IMG/VR virus record: IMGVR_UViG_2645727640_000044
Span: 1 to 31,891 of that record
Reading direction: 5' to 3' (one strand)
Source of the DNA: a virus
Taxonomy: Duplodnaviria > Heunggongvirae > Uroviricota > Caudoviricetes
DNA: 31,891 nt
Positions within the stretch are counted from its first letter, which is position 1, and the number at the start of each line of letters is the position of its first letter. The notes below the pieces were generated by a model. It was not told the origin of the DNA and ran no database searches. It saw nothing but the letters and a program-made list of their open reading frames with translations. The translations under genes and the position numbers were made by a program. This document shows positions 27,963 through 31,891 of this stretch, piece by piece.

Positions 27963-28624
27963 GAATGGACCTCATCATGACTACCATTGTGATATTCCAC
28001 CTTCACGCGTTCTTTGTAGTGCTTGGTGATCTGCATATCCGGGCGCAGCGCGTTCTTCAGGTCTTCGTGAGTCGTCGCCACCATTACCGTCGCACCAACC
28101 TTTCGAGCGGCACGCTGGAGGTTAGATGCCACAACCTGAGCGGTTACACGGTCTAGAACAGCACCGAACTCGTCAGCAGCCCACACTTTAGCGCCTGACT
28201 CAATCAGTTTGGCAATCTTGAGACGATATTTCTGACCGTCTGACATTTCAGAAGGCTTGCGAACAAACAGATATGCATCGTTCAGACCAGCCATAGATAA
28301 CAACCCAAGCGCATCGCTGGTCGTTTTGCCCAACTGATCGATGACGTTAACCTCATTATCGAAGGTAAAATCATCGATGGAGGCTACAGACAGCCCTTCA
28401 TCCTTCATCTGTCGTTGCAACTCGCGCAGCACAACGGATTTGCCGGAACCGGATTGGCCGGTGATATACACCACATCGCCCTGCTTCACTTCCAGCTCCA
28501 GATTGTCGTAAAGCGTCCACTCTTTTTCGTCCAGGCCAAGCCCGAACGACTCAGCGATTTCCAACGTGCGCGTGGTTTTATTTACGCGTGTCTGAAACGA
28601 TACGTTGATGATGTATTTGCTCAT
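27959..28624 (-). CDS. ABC-type P-loop ATPase (nucleotide-binding domain only)
   Basis: Walker A ITGQSGSGKS, signature-like MSDGQKYRLKIAKL, Walker B AKVWAADEF, H-loop VATTHED; ATG overlaps the upstream stop as ATGA; GGGGAG RBS. Confidence 0.75.
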   Translation of the reverse strand: MSKYIINVSFQTRVNKTTRTLEIAESFGLGLDEKEWTLYDNLELEVKQGDVVYITGQSGSGKSVVLRELQRQMKDEGLSVASIDDFTFDNEVNVIDQLGKTTSDALGLLSMAGLNDAYLFVRKPSEMSDGQKYRLKIAKLIESGAKVWAADEFGAVLDRVTAQVVASNLQRAARKVGATVMVATTHEDLKNALRPDMQITKHYKERVKVEYHNGSHDEVHS

Positions 28625-29289
28625 GCAGCCATCTCCCCAGAAGAGATCTTCTCCGCATATGCCACAAATGCGTCTACCCCGCTTTCTCCCGTCATTTCTT
28701 CCATGTGGGCAAGCAAATCACCAACAACAATGGCAGAGCCAGCAGGGAGCGTTTTAAAGCCCAATACGTCGACAACACGTACTTCTTCCGCTGCAACTTC
28801 ACGACTGATCTCGGTGTGTTCATCCTTCTGTCGTTTAGTTTCTTCGCCAAGATCGATAACTAGCGAGTCGGTGTCCATTTCTTCTGTCATACTGCCAACG
28901 AGAACATTCAACTCACGCTCTTCAAAGCCGAAAACCTCGATATCGTCCAGAACAAGCGACTCAAGCTCTTTCTGTAGCTTAATTGCATCGTAATCAATGC
29001 TGGCAAGTCGGTTATCTTCAAGGCGCTTCGCACGAACCTCGTCATCACTGAGATCATCGCGAACAATAACCGGTACGCGCTCAAGTCCAGCAAAAATTGC
29101 AGCCTCACGGCGGCCGTGGCCAGTAATAATTACGTCGTTCTTATCGACCGTAATTGGCTGGTCAAATCCGCGCTTTTTAATGGCTGCGGCCAGATCTCGG
29201 ATCTGCTGTTCATCATGCTTTTTGGCATTCATCTCATAGGGAATAAGATCTGCCGGGTCGCGATATACGATTTCAAACTTTTTGGTCAT
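28621..29289 (-). CDS. ParB/Srx-fold nuclease-domain protein (second copy)
   Basis: GxxRxxA motif ITGHGRREAAIFAG characteristic of the ParB N-terminal domain; ATG at 29289 with AAGGAG upstream, overlapping the upstream stop as TAATG. The track's longer ORF (to 29322) starts further upstream. Confidence 0.7.
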   Translation of the reverse strand: MTKKFEIVYRDPADLIPYEMNAKKHDEQQIRDLAAAIKKRGFDQPITVDKNDVIITGHGRREAAIFAGLERVPVIVRDDLSDDEVRAKRLEDNRLASIDYDAIKLQKELESLVLDDIEVFGFEERELNVLVGSMTEEMDTDSLVIDLGEETKRQKDEHTEISREVAAEEVRVVDVLGFKTLPAGSAIVVGDLLAHMEEMTGESGVDAFVAYAEKISSGEMAA

Positions 29290-29969
29290 TACATACGCTC
29301 CTTGTAGTAGTCGACCAGCCACACCAGAGCCTCACCAGCGTTCTCCATTTCATTACCGGTGTTAATAGCCTGCTCTTTGATGATGTTTTTTATGGTTTCT
29401 GCAACACGATCTGACGCATCGAAAGTTACTTTGAAGCGCATGGTCTGATGTTCCGCACCCACACGTTCGGTTTTCTCTCGTTTGTCGGTATCGACAGGCT
29501 CATCACTACCACGAGACAACGCCTCCAGTGCTTCAAGGTCGATTGCCGCCTCTTTTGCTAAAACCATCGAGATTTCGTCGTCATACGGGGCGATTTCAGA
29601 CAGTTGATAGTCAAGTTCTGACTGAATTTCTTCAATGAAGCGTTGCAATGCGATTTGGTCGTCTTCACCGTATCGCTCGTTGTCCACCAGTGACATCTGT
29701 TTAGCTACGACATCGCTAATTTTGCCCACAGAAAGCACCGGAACCGTTGAAATTCCTTGCTCAATAGCGGCACGCCAGCGATGTTCGCCGCCGAGGATTT
29801 CAAAAAATCCATCTTCAAGTTCACGAGCCAAAATTGGCTTAAAAAAGCCCAATTTTTCGATAGAACCTTTCAGTTTTTCAAAATTCTGCGCACCAACCGA
29901 ATTGGTGTTCCAGGTATTCGGGCGAAGGTTGGCAACATCAACCTGCAAAATCGTGATTTTTACATCCAT
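29289..29969 (-). CDS. ParB/Srx-fold nuclease-domain protein (first copy)
   Basis: ParB box II-like ILGGEHRWRAAIEQGISTVPVL (compare GERRxRA). Start uncertain: ATG at 29969 (MDVKITIL...) or GTG at 29987; neither has a strong SD. Confidence 0.65.
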   Translation of the reverse strand: MDVKITILQVDVANLRPNTWNTNSVGAQNFEKLKGSIEKLGFFKPILARELEDGFFEILGGEHRWRAAIEQGISTVPVLSVGKISDVVAKQMSLVDNERYGEDDQIALQRFIEEIQSELDYQLSEIAPYDDEISMVLAKEAAIDLEALEALSRGSDEPVDTDKREKTERVGAEHQTMRFKVTFDASDRVAETIKNIIKEQAINTGNEMENAGEALVWLVDYYKERM

Positions 29970-30003
29970 TTTATTGCTACAATCCACTAAGTAATCACTT
30001 ACT

Positions 30004-30012
30004 TATTATAAT
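30004..30012 (+). promoter_or_regulatory. Candidate -10 element in the divergent spacer between the ParB operon and the helicase gene
   Basis: TATAAT at 30007..30012 within the palindromic ATTATAAT, about 40 nt upstream of the helicase ATG; no good -35 recognised. Confidence 0.3.
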
Positions 30013-30051
30013 AGCCAAATAACATACAAAAGGCACTAAGGAAAGAGGTTT

Positions 30052-31611
30052 ATGACTGTTCGGATTGTATCTAACGCAGTAAATGCGCTTATTTCTGGCG
30101 CAGATGACAAGGTAAAGCAACTGGTGCAGCAAATGTTGAGCTACGAAGTCGAGACTGGCGACTGGAAGGGCACAAGCACGATGTTCAACTGGAGTAAAAA
30201 CTCGTTCCCTGCTGGCTTTGCCAAGCCTGTAGCGGCGAACTTGAACAAGGCGGGCATCAGATGTGTTCATATCCGCAAAGACAAAGCCCCGGCGCTTGGT
30301 AAACCAAATCCGGCGGTTAACCCATTCCCATACAATCCTGATTATGCGTATCAGGATCAGACTGTGGAAACACTAGTTCGAGAGGGAATGATGATTGCGC
30401 AAATCGCTACTGGTGGCGGGAAATCTAACGTTGCCTGTAAAGCAGCTGCACGTATCGGTCGAATGACATTATTTTTAACAACCCGCTCTGTTCTGATGTT
30501 TCAAATGGCCGAAAACTTCCAGAGATCCATCGACTACCGCGCCAAAAATGGCGAACCGTGGTTAAAAGACCAAAAGGTTGGAGTCATTGGCTCGGGTGAG
30601 TTCCAGGTATCACGACATATCAACGTCGCTACAGTTCAAACTCTGGCAAGTTTCCTTGAAGAACCACCACGCGATGCAACTCCAGATAAGAAGAGCTACC
30701 ACCTCAAACGTCGGGACTTGGTGAAACGCTTCCTTTCAAGTGTGTCTCTGCTTATTCTGGAAGAGGCGCATGAGTCTTCAGGTTCTAATTTCTATGACAT
30801 TGCCAGATTATGTGTGAACGCAGACTATCGTCTGGCGCTTACGGCCACGCCGTTCATGAAGGATTCGACGGAAGCCAACATGCGTCTGATGGCGGTGGCC
30901 GGGCGAATTGAAATTAAAGTCACAGAAAAGTACCTGATTGATCGAGGCATTCTGGCAAAGCCGTACTTCCTTTATCATAAAGTTGCCTACAAGCCAGACG
31001 AGGCCAGAATCAAGGCCGAACTTGCCAACAAACACCTCAATTTTAGAGTTGGTATGAGCACCGCCTACCAAAAGGCTTATCAGTTGGGGATCGTGTATAA
31101 TTTGGGACGTAACGAGGCCATAGTGCGCGAGGCATTGCTCTATAAGCAACATTCTCTCAATTGTATGACTCTAGTTCGTCTTAAACGCCACGGGCAAATC
31201 CTGATGGAGATGATGAAGGAGTCAGGCCTTAGAGTTGACTTTATCTATGGGGAATCGAACCAGGCGACAAGACAAGCAAAGCTGAACAGTTTAGCGTCTG
31301 GCGAAATAGATGTTTTAATAGGCTCGACTATTCTGGATGTCGGTGTTGATGTGCCAAGCGTTGGTGCGGTCATTCTTGCTGGTGGTGGGAAAGCAGAAGT
31401 TGAAATGAGACAACGTGTCGGTCGTGGCTTACGAGCCAAGAAGAATCAGGCAAACGTGTGTTTTATCACTGATTTCATTGACATTAGCAACAAATACCTG
31501 TTGTCTCACTCTTATGAGCGAAAACACATCATCGACACCACACCTGGCTTTGCGGAAGGTGTATTGCCTATTGATGGCGCATTCGATTTTGGAGTTCTGA
31601 AACGAGATTAG
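30052..31611 (+). CDS. SF2 (DEAD/DEAH-like) helicase
   Basis: Walker A IATGGGKSNVA, motif II LILEEAHESSG, motif III LALTATPF, motif VI QRVGRGLRA; ATG with AGGAAAGAGG RBS. Confidence 0.85.
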   Translation: MTVRIVSNAVNALISGADDKVKQLVQQMLSYEVETGDWKGTSTMFNWSKNSFPAGFAKPVAANLNKAGIRCVHIRKDKAPALGKPNPAVNPFPYNPDYAYQDQTVETLVREGMMIAQIATGGGKSNVACKAAARIGRMTLFLTTRSVLMFQMAENFQRSIDYRAKNGEPWLKDQKVGVIGSGEFQVSRHINVATVQTLASFLEEPPRDATPDKKSYHLKRRDLVKRFLSSVSLLILEEAHESSGSNFYDIARLCVNADYRLALTATPFMKDSTEANMRLMAVAGRIEIKVTEKYLIDRGILAKPYFLYHKVAYKPDEARIKAELANKHLNFRVGMSTAYQKAYQLGIVYNLGRNEAIVREALLYKQHSLNCMTLVRLKRHGQILMEMMKESGLRVDFIYGESNQATRQAKLNSLASGEIDVLIGSTILDVGVDVPSVGAVILAGGGKAEVEMRQRVGRGLRAKKNQANVCFITDFIDISNKYLLSHSYERKHIIDTTPGFAEGVLPIDGAFDFGVLKRD

Positions 31612-31613
31612 TT

Positions 31614-31891
31614 ATGAGCGAAAAGAAAACAACTTATTGCCAAGTGGCATTGTCTGATAAGGCCAATGAAAAACTTGGAAAATTCCAAATAAAACTCAAA
31701 GAGAAAAAAATCAAGATGTCTAAGGCTGAAGTTATCAATGCCATTCTGGAGACGATGACTATGGCTGAATTTGACAAAGTCACATCTGCCGTTGGGGTTT
31801 CCGCTAAGACGCGTGAGAAAATCATGCGCATCTATGAAAACTCCAATATGACAAAAAAAGATTTAGAGGAAATACTGAGCAGGTTGCCGTA
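31614..31891 (+). CDS. Hypothetical protein, 5' part only (runs off window)
   Basis: ATG at 31614, 2 nt after the helicase stop; my translation MSEKKTTYCQVALSDKANEKLGKFQIKLKEKK... stays open to the window end. The track's antisense ORF 31634..31831 is the alternative. Confidence 0.4.
   Translation, partial: MSEKKTTYCQVALSDKANEKLGKFQIKLKEKKIKMSKAEVINAILETMTMAEFDKVTSAVGVSAKTREKIMRIYENSNMTKKDLEEILSRLP

Noticed and set aside
9051-29987. Track start codons at 9051, 10468, 11165, 16191, 17683, 18228, 19011, 29322 and 29987
   Set aside because: Most are TTG/GTG (11165 is ATG with a weak SD) and produce overlaps with upstream genes; an in-frame ATG with a Shine-Dalgarno lies shortly downstream in each case. 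The I-like gene is the exception, where the GTG at 9656 has the better RBS. These starts remain unverified.
31634-31831. Minus-strand 65-aa ORF at the right edge
   Set aside because: A plus-strand ORF starts 2 nt after the helicase stop and stays open to the window end, which fits the local plus-strand operon better.
1-31891. Integrase, attachment site, transposase, tRNA or other signs of a prophage boundary or mobile element insertion
   Set aside because: None recognised by eye; the window is contiguous phage structural and replication genes, so I cannot say whether it is a virion genome or an integrated prophage.

Overview
The window is almost entirely the late (packaging, head, tail) module of a tailed siphovirus-type enterobacterial phage or prophage, transcribed leftward on the minus strand from about 29990 to position 1. 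Gene order is: a five-gene accessory operon (two ParB-like proteins, an ABC-type ATPase, a GNAT-like protein, a small wHTH protein), then terminase small and large subunits, portal, scaffold-like protein, major capsid protein, an Ig-like domain protein, five small head-tail proteins, major tail protein, G/GT chaperone pair, tape measure, lambda M-, L-, K-, I- and J-like tail tip proteins, and a lambda Stf-like side tail fiber that runs off the left edge. The plus strand carries only an SF2 helicase (30052..31611) and the start of one more gene at the right edge. All calls rest on reading the supplied ORF translations for motifs and on remembered family features; no database search or computation was run. 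Track starts are often GTG/TTG, so I re-picked ATG starts with a Shine-Dalgarno where one was visible. No tRNA, rRNA, CRISPR array, integrase or transposase was seen. The most interesting items are the ParB-ParB-ATPase-GNAT-wHTH operon between the helicase and terS, a recurrent intergenic TACTTA-core motif, paired GGTGGGC-stem hairpins, candidate packaging-site repeats upstream of terS, and extensive tandem protein repeats in the J-like and Stf-like fiber genes.
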